Positions 24,301 through 38,417 are shown, numbered from the stretch's first letter. The stretch: DNA of 64,000 bases from Eledone cirrhosa (GCA_964016885.1 OZ024742.1:365056001-365120000), one strand, 5' to 3'. Notes: generated from the sequence alone by a model not told the origin. Made by a program: numbers and translations.

Positions 24301-27300
24301 TGTTATTAGAGGTGGTGTTGGTGTCGGTGGTAGTTGGGTGTTGTTATTAGAGGTGGTGTTGGTGTTAGTGGTAGTTGGGTGTTGTTATTAGAGGTGGTGT
24401 TGGTGTTGGTGGTAGTTGGGTGTTGTTATTAGAGGTGGTGTTTGTGTCGGTGGTAGTTGGGTGTTGTTATTAGAGGTGGTGTTGGTGTTGGTGGTAGTTG
24501 GGTGTTGTTATTAGAGGTGGTGTTGGTGTCGGTGGTAGTTGGGTGTTGCTATTAGAGGTGGTGTTGGTGTTGGTGTTAGTTGGGTGTTGTTATTAGAGGT
24601 GGTGTTGGTGGTAGTTGGGTGTTGTTATTAGAGGCGGTGTTGGTGGTAGTTGGGTGTTGTTATTAGAGGTGGTGTTGGTGGTAGTTGGGTGTTGTTATTA
24701 GAGGCGGTGTTGGTGTTAGTGGTAGTTGGGTGTTGTTATTAGAGGTGGTGTTGGTGTTAGTGGTAGTTGGGTGTTGTTATTAGAGGTGGTGTTGGTGGTA
24801 GTTGGGTGTTGTTATTAGAGGTGGTGTTGGTGTTAGTGGTAGTTGGGTGTTGTTATTAGAGGTGGTGTTGGTGGTAGTTGGGTGATGTTATTAGAGGTGG
24901 TGTTGGTGTTAGTGGTAGTTGGGTGTTGTTATTAGAGGTGGTGTCGGTGTTAGTTGGGTGTTGTTATTAGAGGCGGTGTTGGTGTTGGTGGTAGTTGGGT
25001 GTTGTTATTAGAGGCGGTGTTGGTGTTGGTGGTAGTTGGGTGATGTTATTAGAGGTGGTGTTGGTGTTAGTGGTAGTTGGGTGTTGTTATTAGAGGCGGT
25101 GTTGGTGTTGGTGGTAGTTGGGTGTTGTTATTAGAGGTGGTGTTGGTGTTAGTGGTAGTTGGGTGTTGTTATTAGAGGTGGTGTTGGTGTTAGTGGTAGT
25201 TGGGTGTTGGTATTAGAGGTGGTGTTGGTGTTAGTGGTAATTGGGTGATGTTATTAGAGGTGGTGTTGGTGTTAGTGGTAGTTGGGTGATGTTATTAGAG
25301 GTGGTGTTGGTGTTGGTGGTAGTTGGGTGTTGTTATTAGAGGTGGTGTTGGTGTTAGTGGTAGTTGGGTGTTGTTATTAGAGGTGGTGTTGGTGTTAGTG
25401 GTAGTTGGGTGATGTTATTAGAGGTGGTGTTGGTGTTGGTGGTAGTTGGGTGTTGTTATTAGAGGCGGTGTTGGTGTTGGTGGTAGTTGGGTGTTGTTAT
25501 TAGAAGTGGTGTTGGTGTTAGTGGTAGTTGGGTGTTGTTATTAGAGGTGGTGTTGGTGTTAGTGGTAGTTGGGTGTTGTTATTAGAGGTGGTGTTGGTGT
25601 TAGTGGTAGTTGGGTGATGTTATTAGAGGTGGTGTTGGTGTTGGTGGTAGTTGGGTGTTGTTATTAGAGGCGGTGTTGGTGTTGGTGGTAGTTGGGTGTT
25701 GTTATTAGAGGCGGTGTTGGTGTTGGTGGTAGTTGGGTGTTGTTATTAGAGGTGGTGTTGGTGTTAGTGGTAGTTGGGTGATGTTATTAGAGGTGGTGTT
25801 GGTGTTGGTGGTAGTTGGGTGTTGTTATTAGAGGTGGTGTTGGTGTTAGTGGTAGTTGGGTGATGTTATTAGAGGTGGTGTTGGTGTTAGTGGTAGTTGG
25901 GTGATGTTATTAGAGGTGGTGTTGGTGTTGGTGGTAGTTGGGTGTTGTTATTAGAGGCGGTGTTGGTGTTGGTGGTAGTTGGGTGTTGTTATTAGAGGTG
26001 GTGTTGGTGTTAGTGGTAGTTGGGTGATGTTATTAGAGGTGGTGTTGGTGTTGGTGGTAGTTGGGTGTTGTTATTAGAGGCGGTGTTGGTTTGGTGGTAG
26101 TTGGGTGTTGTTATTAGAGGTGGTGTTGGTGTTGGTGGTAGTTGGGTGTTGTTATTAGAGGTGGTGTTGGTGTTAGTGGTAGTTGGGTGATGTTATTAGA
26201 GGTGGTGTTGGTGTTAGTGGTAGTTGGGTGATGTTATTAGAGGTGGTGTTGGTGTTGGTGGTAGTTGGGTGTTGTTATTAGAGGTGGTGTTGGTGTTAGT
26301 GGTAGTTGGGTGATGTTATTAGAGGTGGTGTTGGTGTTAGTGGTAGTTGGGTGATGTTATTAGAGGTGGTGTTGGTGTTGGTGGTAGTTGGGTGTTGTTA
26401 TTAGAGGCGGTGTTGGTGTTGGTGGTAGTTGGGTGTTGTTATTAGAGGTGGTGTTGGTGTTAGTGGTAGTTGGGTGATGTTATTAGAGGTGGTGTTGGTG
26501 TTGGTGGTAGTTGGGTGTTGTTATTAGAGGCGGTGTTGGTTTGGTGGTAGTTGGGTGTTGTTATTAGAGGTGGTGTTGGTGTTAGTGGTAGTTGGGTGAT
26601 ATTATTAGAGGTGGTGTTGGTGTTAGTGGTAGTTGGGTGTTGTTATTAGAGGTGGTGTCGGTGTTAGTTGGGTGTTGTTATTAGAGGTGGTGTTGGTGTT
26701 GGTGGTAGTTGGGTGTTGTTATTAGAGGCGGTGTTGGTGTTGGTGGTAGTTGGGTGTTGTTATTAGAGGCGGTATTGGTGTTGGTGGTAGTTGGGTGTTG
26801 TTATTAGAGGCGGTGTTGGTGTTGGTGGTAGTTGGGTGATGTTATTAGAGGTGGTGTTGGTGTTAGTGGTAGTTGGGTGTTGTTATTAGAGGCGGTGTTG
26901 GTGTTGGTGGTAGTTGGGTGTTGTTATTAGAGGTGGTGTTGGTGTTAGTGGTAGTTGGGTGATGTTATTAGAGGTGGTGTTGGTGTTAGTGGTAGTTGGG
27001 TGTTGTTATTAGAGGTGGTATCGGTGTTAGTTGGGTGTTGTTATTAGAGGTGGTGTTGGTGTTGGTGGTAGTTGGGTGTTGTTATTAGAGGCGGTGTTGG
27101 TGTTGGTGGTAGTTGGGTGTTGTTATTAGAGGCGGTGTTGGTGTTGGTGGTAGTTGGGTGTTGTTATTAGAGGCGGTGTTGGTGTTGGTGGTAGTTGGGT
27201 GTTGTTATTAGAGGTGGTGTTGGTGTTAGTGGTAGTTGGGTGATGTTATTAGAGGTGGTGTTGGTGTTAGTGGTAGTTGGGTGATGTTATTAGAGGTGGT

Positions 27301-30300
27301 GTTGGTGTTAGTGGTAGTTGGGTGTTGTTATTAGAGGTGGTGTCGGTGTTAGTTGGGTGTTGTTATTAGAGGCGGTGTTGGTGTTGGTGGTAGTTGGGTG
27401 TTGTTATTAGAGGTGGTGTTGGTGTTAGTAGTAGTTGGGTGTTGTTATTAGAGGTGGTGTTGGTGTTAGTGGTAGTTGGGTGTTGTTATTAGAGGTGGTG
27501 TTGGTGTTAGTGGTAGTTGGGTGTTGTTATTAGAGGTGGTGTTGGTGTTAGTGGTATTTGGGTGTTGTTATTAGAAGTGGTGTTGGTGTCGGTGGTAGTT
27601 GGGTGTTGTTATTAGAGGTGGTGTTGGTGGTAGTTGGGTGTTGTTATTAGAGGTGGTGTTGGTGTTAGTGGTAGTTGGGTGTTGTTATTAGAGGCGGTGT
27701 TGGTGTTAGTGGTAGTTGGGTGTTGTTATTAGAGGTGGTGTTGGTGTTGGTGGTAGTTGGGTGTTGTTATTAGAGGTGGTGTTGGTGTTGGTGGTAGTTG
27801 GGTGATGTTATTAGAGGCGGTGTTGGTGTTAGTGGTAGTTGGGTGTTGTTATTAGAGGTGGTGTCGGTGGTAGTTGGGTGTTGTTATTAGAGGTGGTGTT
27901 GGTGTTGGTGGTAATTGGGTGTTGTTATTAGAGGTGGTGTTGGTGGTAGTTGGGTGTTGTTATTAGAGGTGGTGTTGGTGGTAGTTGGGTGTTGTTATTA
28001 GAGGTGGTGTTGGTGGTAGTTGGGTGTTGTTATTAGAGGCGGTGTTGGTGTTAGTGGTAGTTGGGTGTTGTTATTAGAGGTGGTGTTGGTGTTAGTGGTA
28101 GTTGGGTGTTGTTATTAGAGGTGGTGTTGGTGGTAGTTGGGTGTTGTTATTAGAGGTGGTGTTGGTGGTAGTTGGGTGTTGTTATTAGAGGCGGTGTTGG
28201 TGTTAGTGGTAGTTGGGTGTTGTTATTAGAGGTGGTGTTGGTGTTAGTGGTAGTTGGGTGTTGTTATTAGAGGTGGTGTTGGTGGTAGTTGGGTGTTGTT
28301 GTTAGAGGTGGTGTTGGTGGTAGTTGGGTGTTGTTATTAGAGGTGGTGTTGGTGTTGGTGGTAGTTGGGTGTTGTTATTAGAGGCGGTGTTGGTGGTAGT
28401 TGGGTGTTGTTATTAGAGGTGGTGTTGGTGGTAGTTGGGTGTTGTTATTAGAGGTGGTGTTGGTGGTAGTTGGGTGTTGTTATTAGAGGCGGTGTTGGTG
28501 GTAGTTGGGTGTTGTTATTAGAAGTGGTGTTGGTGGTAGTTGGGTGTTGTTATTAGAGGCGGTGTTGGTGTTAGTGGTAGTTGGGTGTTGTTATTAGAGG
28601 TGGTGTTGGTGTTAGTGGTAGTTGGGTGTTGTTATTAGAGGCGGTGTTGGTGTTGGTGGTAGTTGGGTGTTGTTATTAGAAGTGGTGTTGGTGTCGGTGT
28701 TAGTTGGGTGTTGTTATTAGAGGTGGTGTTGGTGTTAGTGGTAGTTGGGTGTTGTTATTAGAGGTGGTGTTGGTGTTAGTGGTAGTTGGGTGTTGTTATT
28801 AGAGGTGGTGTTGGTGTTGGTGGTAGTTGGGTGTTGTTATTAGAGGTGGTGTTTGTGTCGGTGGTAGTTGGGTGTTGTTATTAGAGGTGGTGTTGGTGTT
28901 GGTGGTAGTTGGGTGTTGTTATTAGAGGTGGTGTTGGTGTCGGTGGTAGTTGGGTGTTGTTATTAGAGGTGGTGTTGGTGTTGGTGGTAGTTGGGTGTTG
29001 TTATTAGAGGCGGTGTTGGTGTTAGTGGTAGTTGGGTGTTGTTATTAGAGGTGGTGTTGGTGTTAGTGGTAGTTGGGTGTTGTTATTAGAGGTGGTGTTG
29101 GTGGTAGTTGGGTGTTGTTATTAGAGGTGGTGTTGGTGTTGGTGGTAGTTGGGTGTTGTTATTAGAGGTGGTGTTGGTGGTAGTTGGGTGTTGTTATTAG
29201 AGGTGGTGTTGGTGGTAGTTGGGTGTTGTTATTAGAGGTGGTGTTGGTGGTAGTTGGGTGTTGTTATTAGAGGCGGTGTTGGTGTTAGTGGTAGTTGGGT
29301 GTTGTTATTAGAGGTGGTGTTGGTGTTAGTGGTAGTTGGGTGTTGTTATTAGAGGTGGTGTTGGTGGTAGTTGGGTGTTGTTATTAGAGGTGGTGTTGGT
29401 GGTAGTTGGGTGTTGTTATTAGAGGTGGTGTTGGTGGTAGTTGGGTGTTGTTATTAGAGGCGGTGTTGGTGTTAGTGGTAGTTGGGTGTTGTTATTAGAG
29501 GTGGTGTTGGTGTTAGTGGTAGTTGGGTGTTGTTATTAGAGGTGGTGTTGGTGGTAGTTGGGTGTTGTTATTAGAGGTGGTGTTGGTGGTAGTTGGGTGT
29601 TGTTATTAGAGGCGGTGTTGGTGTTAGTGGTAGTTGGGTGTTGTTATTAGAGGTGGTGTTGGTGTTAGTGGTAGTTGGGTGTTGTTATTAGAGGTGGTGT
29701 TGGTGGTAGTTGGGTGTTGTTATTAGAGGTGGTGTTGGTGGTAGTTGGGTGTTGTTATTAGAGGTGGTGTTGGTGTTGGTGGTAGTTGGGTGTTGTTATT
29801 AGAGGCGGTGTTGGTGGTAGTTGGGTGTTGTTATTAGAGGTGGTGTTGGTGGTAGTTGGGTGTTGTTATTAGAGGTGGTGTTGGTGGTAGTTGGGTGTTG
29901 TTATTAGAGGCGGTGTTGGTGGTAGTTGGGTGTTGTTATTAGAAGTGGTGTTGGTGGTAGTTGGGTGTTGTTATTAGAGGCGGTGTTGGTGTTAGTGGTA
30001 GTTGGGTGTTGTTATTAGAGGTGGTGTTGGTGTTAGTGGTAGTTGGGTGTTGTTATTAGAGGTGGTGTTAGTGGTAGTTGGGTGTTGTTATTAGAGGTGG
30101 TGTTGGTGTTAGTGGTAGTTGGGTGTTGTTATTAGAGGTGGTGTTGGTGTTGGTGGTAGTTGGGTGTTGTTATTAGAGGTGGTGTTTGTGTCGGTGGTAG
30201 TTGGGTGTTGTTATTAGAGGTGGTGTTGGTGTTGGTGGTAGTTGGGTGTTGTTATTAGAGGTGGTGTTGGTGTCGGTGGTAGTTGGGTGTTGTTATTAGA

Positions 30301-33300
30301 GGTGGTGTTGGTGTTGGTGGTAGTTGGGTGTTGTTATTAGAGGCGGTGTTGGTGTTAGTGGTAGTTGGGTGTTGTTATTAGAGGTGGTGTTGGTGTTAGT
30401 GGTAGTTGGGTGTTGTTATTAGAGGTGGTGTTGGTGGTAGTTGGGTGTTGTTATTAGAGGCGGTGTTGGTGTTAGTGGTAGTTGGGTGTTGTTATTAGAG
30501 GTGGTGTTGGTGTTAGTGGTAGTTGGGTGTTGTTATTAGAGGCGGTGTTGGTGGTAGTTGGGTGTTGTTATTAGAGGTGGTGTTGGTGGTAGTTGGGTGT
30601 TGTTATTAGAGGTGGTGTTGGTGGTAGTTGGGTGTTGTTATTAGAGGCGGTGTTGGTGGTAGTTGGGTGTTGTTATTAGAGGTGGTGTTGGTGGTAGTTG
30701 GGTGTTGTTATTAGAGGCGGCGTTGGTGTTAGTGGTAGTTGGGTGTTGTTATTAGAGGTGGTGTTGGTGTCGGTGGTAGTTGGGTGTTGTTATTAGAGGT
30801 GGTGTTGGTGTTGGTGGTAGTTGGGTCTTGTTATTAGAGGTGGTGTTGGTGTTAGTGGTAGTTGGGTGTTGTTATTAGAGGTGGTGTTGGTGTCGGTGGT
30901 AGTTGGGTGTTGTTATTAGAGGCGGTGTTGGTGTTGGTGGTAGTTGGGTGTTGTTATTAGAGGCGGTGTTGGTGTTAGTGGTAGTTGGGTGTTGTTATTA
31001 GAGGTGGTGTTGGTGTTAGTGGTAGTTGGGTGTTGTTATTAGAGGTGGTGTTGGTGGTAGTTGGGTGTTGTTATTAGAGGTGGTGTTGGTGTTAGTGGTA
31101 GTTGGGTGTTGTTATTAGAGGTGGTGTTGGTGGTAGTTGGGTGATGTTATTAGAGGTGGTGTTGGTGTTAGTGGTAGTTGGGTGTTGTTATTAGAGGTGG
31201 TGTCGGTGTTAGTTGGGTGTTGTTATTAGAGGCGGTGTTGGTGTTGGTGGTAGTTGGGTGTTGTTATTAGAGGCGGTGTTGGTGTTGGTGGTAGTTGGGT
31301 GATGTTATTAGAGGTGGTGTTGGTGTTAGTGGTAGTTGGGTGTTGTTATTAGAGGCGGTGTTGGTGTTGGTGGTAGTTGGGTGTTGTTATTAGAGGTGGT
31401 GTTGGTGTTAGTGGTAGTTGGGTGTTGTTATTAGAGGTGGTGTTGGTGTTAGTGGTAGTTGGGTGTTGGTATTAGAGGTGGTGTTGGTGTTAGTGGTAAT
31501 TGGGTGATGTTATTAGAGGTGGTGTTGGTGTTAGTGGTAGTTGGGTGATGTTATTAGAGGTGGTGTTGGTGTTGGTGGTAGTTGGGTGTTGTTATTAGAG
31601 GTGGTGTTGGTGTTAGTGGTAGTTGGGTGTTGTTATTAGAGGTGGTGTTGGTGTTAGTGGTAGTTGGGTGATGTTATTAGAGGTGGTGTTGGTGTTGGTG
31701 GTAGTTGGGTGTTGTTATTAGAGGCGGTGTTGGTGTTGGTGGTAGTTGGGTGTTGTTATTAGAAGTGGTGTTGGTGTTAGTGGTAGTTGGGTGTTGTTAT
31801 TAGAGGTGGTGTTGGTGTTAGTGGTAGTTGGGTGTTGTTATTAGAGGTGGTGTTGGTGTTAGTGGTAGTTGGGTGATGTTATTAGAGGTGGTGTTGGTGT
31901 TGGTGGTAGTTGGGTGTTGTTATTAGAGGCGGTGTTGGTGTTGGTGGTAGTTGGGTGTTGTTATTAGAGGCGGTGTTGGTGTTGGTGGTAGTTGGGTGTT
32001 GTTATTAGAGGTGGTGTTGGTGTTAGTGGTAGTTGGGTGATGTTATTAGAGGTGGTGTTGGTGTTGGTGGTAGTTGGGTGTTGTTATTAGAGGTGGTGTT
32101 GGTGTTAGTGGTAGTTGGGTGATGTTATTAGAGGTGGTGTTGGTGTTAGTGGTAGTTGGGTGATGTTATTAGAGGTGGTGTTGGTGTTGGTGGTAGTTGG
32201 GTGTTGTTATTAGAGGCGGTGTTGGTGTTGGTGGTAGTTGGGTGTTGTTATTAGAGGTGGTGTTGGTGTTAGTGGTAGTTGGGTGATGTTATTAGAGGTG
32301 GTGTTGGTGTTGGTGGTAGTTGGGTGTTGTTATTAGAGGCGGTGTTGGTTTGGTGGTAGTTGGGTGTTGTTATTAGAGGTGGTGTTGGTGTTGGTGGTAG
32401 TTGGGTGTTGTTATTAGAGGTGGTGTTGGTGTTAGTGGTAGTTGGGTGATGTTATTAGAGGTGGTGTTGGTGTTAGTGGTAGTTGGGTGATGTTATTAGA
32501 GGTGGTGTTGGTGTTGGTGGTAGTTGGGTGTTGTTATTAGAGGTGGTGTTGGTGTTAGTGGTAGTTGGGTGATGTTATTAGAGGTGGTGTTGGTGTTAGT
32601 GGTAGTTGGGTGATGTTATTAGAGGTGGTGTTGGTGTTGGTGGTAGTTGGGTGTTGTTATTAGAGGCGGTGTTGGTGTTGGTGGTAGTTGGGTGTTGTTA
32701 TTAGAGGTGGTGTTGGTGTTAGTGGTAGTTGGGTGATGTTATTAGAGGTGGTGTTGGTGTTGGTGGTAGTTGGGTGTTGTTATTAGAGGCGGTGTTGGTT
32801 TGGTGGTAGTTGGGTGTTGTTATTAGAGGTGGTGTTGGTGTTAGTGGTAGTTGGGTGATATTATTAGAGGTGGTGTTGGTGTTAGTGGTAGTTGGGTGTT
32901 GTTATTAGAGGTGGTGTCGGTGTTAGTTGGGTGTTGTTATTAGAGGTGGTGTTGGTGTTGGTGGTAGTTGGGTGTTGTTATTAGAGGCGGTGTTGGTGTT
33001 GGTGGTAGTTGGGTGTTGTTATTAGAGGCGGTATTGGTGTTGGTGGTAGTTGGGTGTTGTTATTAGAGGCGGTGTTGGTGTTGGTGGTAGTTGGGTGATG
33101 TTATTAGAGGTGGTGTTGGTGTTAGTGGTAGTTGGGTGTTGTTATTAGAGGCGGTGTTGGTGTTGGTGGTAGTTGGGTGTTGTTATTAGAGGTGGTGTTG
33201 GTGTTAGTGGTAGTTGGGTGATGTTATTAGAGGTGGTGTTGGTGTTAGTGGTAGTTGGGTGTTGTTATTAGAGGTGGTATCGGTGTTAGTTGGGTGTTGT

Positions 33301-36300
33301 TATTAGAGGTGGTGTTGGTGTTGGTGGTAGTTGGGTGTTGTTATTAGAGGCGGTGTTGGTGTTGGTGGTAGTTGGGTGTTGTTATTAGAGGCGGTGTTGG
33401 TGTTGGTGGTAGTTGGGTGTTGTTATTAGAGGCGGTGTTGGTGTTGGTGGTAGTTGGGTGTTGTTATTAGAGGTGGTGTTGGTGTTAGTGTTAGTTGGGT
33501 GATGTTATTAGAGGTGGTGTTGGTGTTAGTGGTAGTTGGGTGATGTTATTAGAGGTGGTGTTGGTGTTAGTGGTAGTTGGGTGTTGTTATTAGAGGTGGT
33601 GTCGGTGTTAGTTGGGTGTTGTTATTAGAGGCGGTGTTGGTGTTGGTGGTAGTTGGGTGTTGTTATTAGAGGTGGTGTTGGTGTTAGTAGTAGTTGGGTG
33701 TTGTTATTAGAGGTGGTGTTGGTGTTAGTGTTAGTTGGGTGTTGTTATTAGAGGTGGTGTTGGTGTTAGTGGTAGTTGGGTGTTGTTATTAGAGGTGGTG
33801 TTGGTGTTAGTGGTATTTGGGTGTTGTTATTAGAAGTGGTGTTGGTGTCGGTGGTAGTTGGGTGTTGTTATTAGAGGTGGTGTTGGTGGTAGTTGGGTGT
33901 TGTTATTAGAGGTGGTGTTGGTGTTAGTGGTAGTTGGGTGTTGTTATTAGAGGCGGTGTTGGTGTTAGTGGTAGTTGGGTGTTGTTATTAGAGGTGGTGT
34001 TGGTGTTGGTGGTAGTTGGGTGTTGTTATTAGAGGTGGTGTTGGTGTTGGTGGTAGTTGGGTGATGTTATTAGAGGCGGTGTTGGTGTTAGTGGTAGTTG
34101 GGTGTTGTTATTAGAGGTGGTGTCGGTGGTAGTTGGGTGTTGTTATTAGAGGTGGTGTTGGTGTTGGTGGTAGTTGGGTGTTGTTATTAGAGGTGGTGTT
34201 GGTGGTAGTTGGGTGTTGTTATTAGAGGTGGTGTTGGTGGTAGTTGGGTGTTGTTATTAGAGGTGGTGTTGGTGGTAGTTGGGTGTTGTTATTAGAGGCG
34301 GTGTTGGTGTTAGTGGTAGTTGGGTGTTGTTATTAGAGGTGGTGTTGGTGTTAGTGGTAGTTGGGTGTTGTTATTAGAGGTGGTATTGGTGGTAGTTGGG
34401 TGTTGTTATTAGAGGTGGTGTTGGTGGTAGTTGGGTGTTGTTATTAGAGGCGGTGTTGGTGTTAGTGGTAGTTGGGTGTTGTTATTAGAGGTGGTGTTGG
34501 TGTTAGTGGTAGTTGGGTGTTGTTATTAGAGGTGGTGTTGGTGGTAGTTGGGTGTTGTTGTTAGAGGTGGTGTTGGTGGTAGTTGGGTGTTGTTATTAGA
34601 GGTGGTGTTGGTGTTGGTGGTAGTTGGGTGTTGTTATTAGAGGCGGTGTTGGTGGTAGTTGGGTGTTGTTATTAGAGGTGGTGTTGGTGGTAGTTGGGTG
34701 TTGTTATTAGAGGTGGTGTTGGTGGTAGTTGGGTGTTGTTATTAGAGGCGGTGTTGGTGGTAGTTGGGTGTTGTTATTAGAAGTGGTGTTGGTGGTAGTT
34801 GGGTGTTGTTATTAGAGGCGGTGTTGGTGTTAGTGGTAGTTGGGTGTTGTTATTAGAGGTGGTGTTGGTGTTAGTGGTAGTTGGGTGTTGTTATTAGAGG
34901 CGGTGTTGGTGTTGGTGGTAGTTGGGTGTTGTTATTAGAAGTGGTGTTGGTGTCGGTGTTAGTTGGGTGTTGTTATTAGAGGTGGTGTTGGTGTTAGTGG
35001 TAGTTGGGTGTTGTTATTAGAGGTGGTGTTGGTGTTAGTGGTAGTTGGGTGTTGTTATTAGAGGTGGTGTTGGTGTTGGTGGTAGTTGGGTGTTGTTATT
35101 AGAGGTGGTGTTTGTGTCGGTGGTAGTTGGGTGTTGTTATTAGAGGTGGTGTTGGTGTTGGTGGTAGTTGGGTGTTGTTATTAGAGGTGGTGTTGGTGTC
35201 GGTGGTAGTTGGGTGTTGTTATTAGAGGTGGTGTTGGTGTTGGTGGTAGTTGGGTGTTGTTATTAGAGGCGGTGTTGGTGTTAGTGGTAGTTGGGTGTTG
35301 TTATTAGAGGTGGTGTTGGTGTTAGTGGTAGTTGGGTGTTGTTATTAGAGGTGGTGTTGGTGGTAGTTGGGTGTTGTTATTAGAGGTGGTGTTGGTGTTG
35401 GTGGTAGTTGGGTGTTGTTATTAGAGGTGGTGTTGGTGGTAGTTGGGTGTTGTTATTAGAGGTGGTGTTGGTGGTAGTTGGGTGTTGTTATTAGAGGTGG
35501 TGTTGGTGGTAGTTGGGTGTTGTTATTAGAGGCGGTGTTGGTGTTAGTGGTAGTTGGGTGTTGTTATTAGAGGTGGTGTTGGTGTTAGTGGTAGTTGGGT
35601 GTTGTTATTAGAGGTGGTGTTGGTGGTAGTTGGGTGTTGTTATTAGAGGTGGTGTTGGTGGTAGTTGGGTGTTGTTATTAGAGGTGGTGTTGGTGGTAGT
35701 TGGGTGTTGTTATTAGAGGCGGTGTTGGTGTTAGTGGTAGTTGGGTGTTGTTATTAGAGGTGGTGTTGGTGTTAGTGGTAGTTGGGTGTTGTTATTAGAG
35801 GTGGTGTTGGTGGTAGTTGGGTGTTGTTATTAGAGGTGGTGTTGGTGGTAGTTGGGTGTTGTTATTAGAGGCGGTGTTGGTGTTAGTGGTAGTTGGGTGT
35901 TGTTATTAGAGGTGGTGTTGGTGTTAGTGGTAGTTGGGTGTTGTTATTAGAGGTGGTGTTGGTGGTAGTTGGGTGTTGTTATTAGAGGTGGTGTTGGTGG
36001 TAGTTGGGTGTTGTTATTAGAGGTGGTGTTGGTGTTGGTGGTAGTTGGGTGTTGTTATTAGAGGCGGTGTTGGTGGTAGTTGGGTGTTGTTATTAGAGGT
36101 GGTGTTGGTGGTAGTTGGGTGTTGTTATTAGAGGTGGTGTTGGTGGTAGTTGGGTGTTGTTATTAGAGGCGGTGTTGGTGGTAGTTGGGTGTTGTTATTA
36201 GAAGTGGTGTTGGTGGTAGTTGGGTGTTGTTATTAGAGGCGGTGTTGGTGTTAGTGGTAGTTGGGTGTTGTTATTAGAGGTGGTGTTGGTGTTAGTGGTA

Positions 36301-38417
36301 GTTGGGTGTTGTTATTAGAGGTGGTGTTAGTGGTAGTTGGGTGTTGTTATTAGAGGTGGTGTTGGTGTTAGTGGTAGTTGGGTGTTGTTATTAGAGGTGG
36401 TGTTGGTGTTGGTGGTAGTTGGGTGTTGTTATTAGAGGTGGTGTTTGTGTCGGTGGTAGTTGGGTGTTGTTATTAGAGGTGGTGTTGGTGTTGGTGGTAG
36501 TTGGGTGTTGTTATTAGAGGTGGTGTTGGTGTCGGTGGTAGTTGGGTGTTGTTATTAGAGGTGGTGTTGGTGTTGGTGGTAGTTGGGTGTTGTTATTAGA
36601 GGCGGTGTTGGTGTTAGTGGTAGTTGGGTGTTGTTATTAGAGGTGGTGTTGGTGTTAGTGGTAGTTGGGTGTTGTTATTAGAGGTGGTGTTGGTGGTAGT
36701 TGGGTGTTGTTATTAGAGGCGGTGTTGGTGTTAGTGGTAGTTGGGTGTTGTTATTAGAGGTGGTGTTGGTGTTAGTGGTAGTTGGGTGTTGTTATTAGAG
36801 GCGGTGTTGGTGGTAGTTGGGTGTTGTTATTAGAGGTGGTGTTGGTGGTAGTTGGGTGTTGTTATTAGAGGTGGTGTTGGTGGTAGTTGGGTGTTGTTAT
36901 TAGAGGCGGTGTTGGTGGTAGTTGGGTGTTGTTATTAGAGGTGGTGTTGGTGGTAGTTGGGTGTTGTTATTAGAGGCGGCGTTGGTGTTAGTGGTAGTTG
37001 GGTGTTGTTATTAGAGGTGGTGTTGGTGTCGGTGGTAGTTGGGTGTTGTTATTAGAGGTGGTGTTGGTGTTGGTGGTAGTTGGGTCTTGTTATTAGAGGT
37101 GGTGTTGGTGTTAGTGGTAGTTGGGTGTTGTTATTAGAGGTGGTGTTGGTGTCGGTGGTAGTTGGGTGTTGTTATTAGAGGCGGTGTTGGTGTTGGTGGT
37201 AGTTGGGTGTTGTTATTAGAGGCGGTGTTGGTGTTAGTGGTAGTTGGGTGTTGTTATTAGAGGCGGTGTTGGTGTTAGTGGTAGTTGGGTGTTGTTATTA
37301 GAGGCGGTGTTGATGTTAGTGGTAGTTGGGTGTTGTTATTAGAGGTGGTGTTGGTGTTAGTGGTAGTTGGGTGTTGTTATTAGAGGCGGTGTTGATGTTA
37401 GTGGTAGTTGGGTGATGTTATTAGAGGTGGTGTTGGTGTTGGTGGTAGTTGGGTGTTGTTATTAGAGGCGGTGTTGGTGTTAGTGGTAGTTGGGTGTTGT
37501 TATTAGAGGTGGTGTTGGTGGTAGTTGGGTGTTGTTATTAGAGGTGGTGTTGGTGTCGGTGTTAGTTGGGTGTTGTTATTAGAGGTGGTGTTGGTGTTGG
37601 TGGTAGTTGGGTGTTGTTATTAGAGGTGGTGTTGGTGTTAGTGGTAGTTGGGTGTTGTTATTAGAGGTGGTGTTGGTGGTAGTTGGGTGTTGTTATTAGA
37701 GGTGGTGTTGGTGTCGGTGGTAGTTGGGTGTTGTTATTAGAGGTGGTGTTGGTGTTGATGGTAGTTGGGTGTTGTTATTAGAGGTGGTGTTGGTGTCGGT
37801 GTTAGTTGGGTGTTGTTATTAGAGGTGGTGTTGGTGTCGGTTGTAGTTGGGTGTTGTTATTAGAGGTGGTGTTGGTGTTAGTGGTAGTTGGGTGTTGTTA
37901 TTAGAGGTGGTGTTGGTGTTAGTGGTAGTTGGGTGTTGTTATTAGAGGTGGTGTTGGTGTTAGTGGTAGTTGGGTGTTGTTATTAGAGGTGGTGTTGGTG
38001 TTGGTGGTAGTTGGGTGTTGTTATTAGAGGTGGTGTTGGTGGTAGTTGGGTGTTGTTATTAGAGGTGGTGTTGGTGTTAGTGGTAGTTGGGTGTTGTTAT
38101 TAGAGGCGGTGTTGGTGTTAGTGGTAGTTGGGTGTTGTTATTAGAGGTGGTGTTGGTGGTAGTTGGTTGTTGTTATTAGAGGTGGTGTTGGTGGTAGTTG
38201 GGTGTTGTTATTAGAGGTGGTGTTGGTGTCGGTGGTAGTTGGGTGTTGTTATTATAGGTGGTGTTGGTGTTGGTGGTAGTTGGGTGTTGTTATTAGAGGT
38301 GGTGTTGGTGTCGGTGTTAGTTGGGTGTTGTTATTAGAGGTGGTGTTGGTGTCGGTGGTAGTTGGGTGTTGTTATTAGAGGCGGTGTTGGTGTCGGTGGT
38401 AGTTGGGTGTTGTTATT
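21391..38417. repeat. ~17-kb G/T-rich satellite, 41-bp unit (ggtagttgggtgttgttattagaggtggtgttggtgtt[g/a]gt) with a 35-bp variant
   Basis: Directly visible; almost C-free on the + strand; grades out of a (GGT)n tract at 21138-21390. Confidence 0.98.

Noticed and set aside
21391-38417. True telomeric array
   Set aside because: Unit is 41/35 bp with TTAGAGG rather than TTAGGG, and the array is internal
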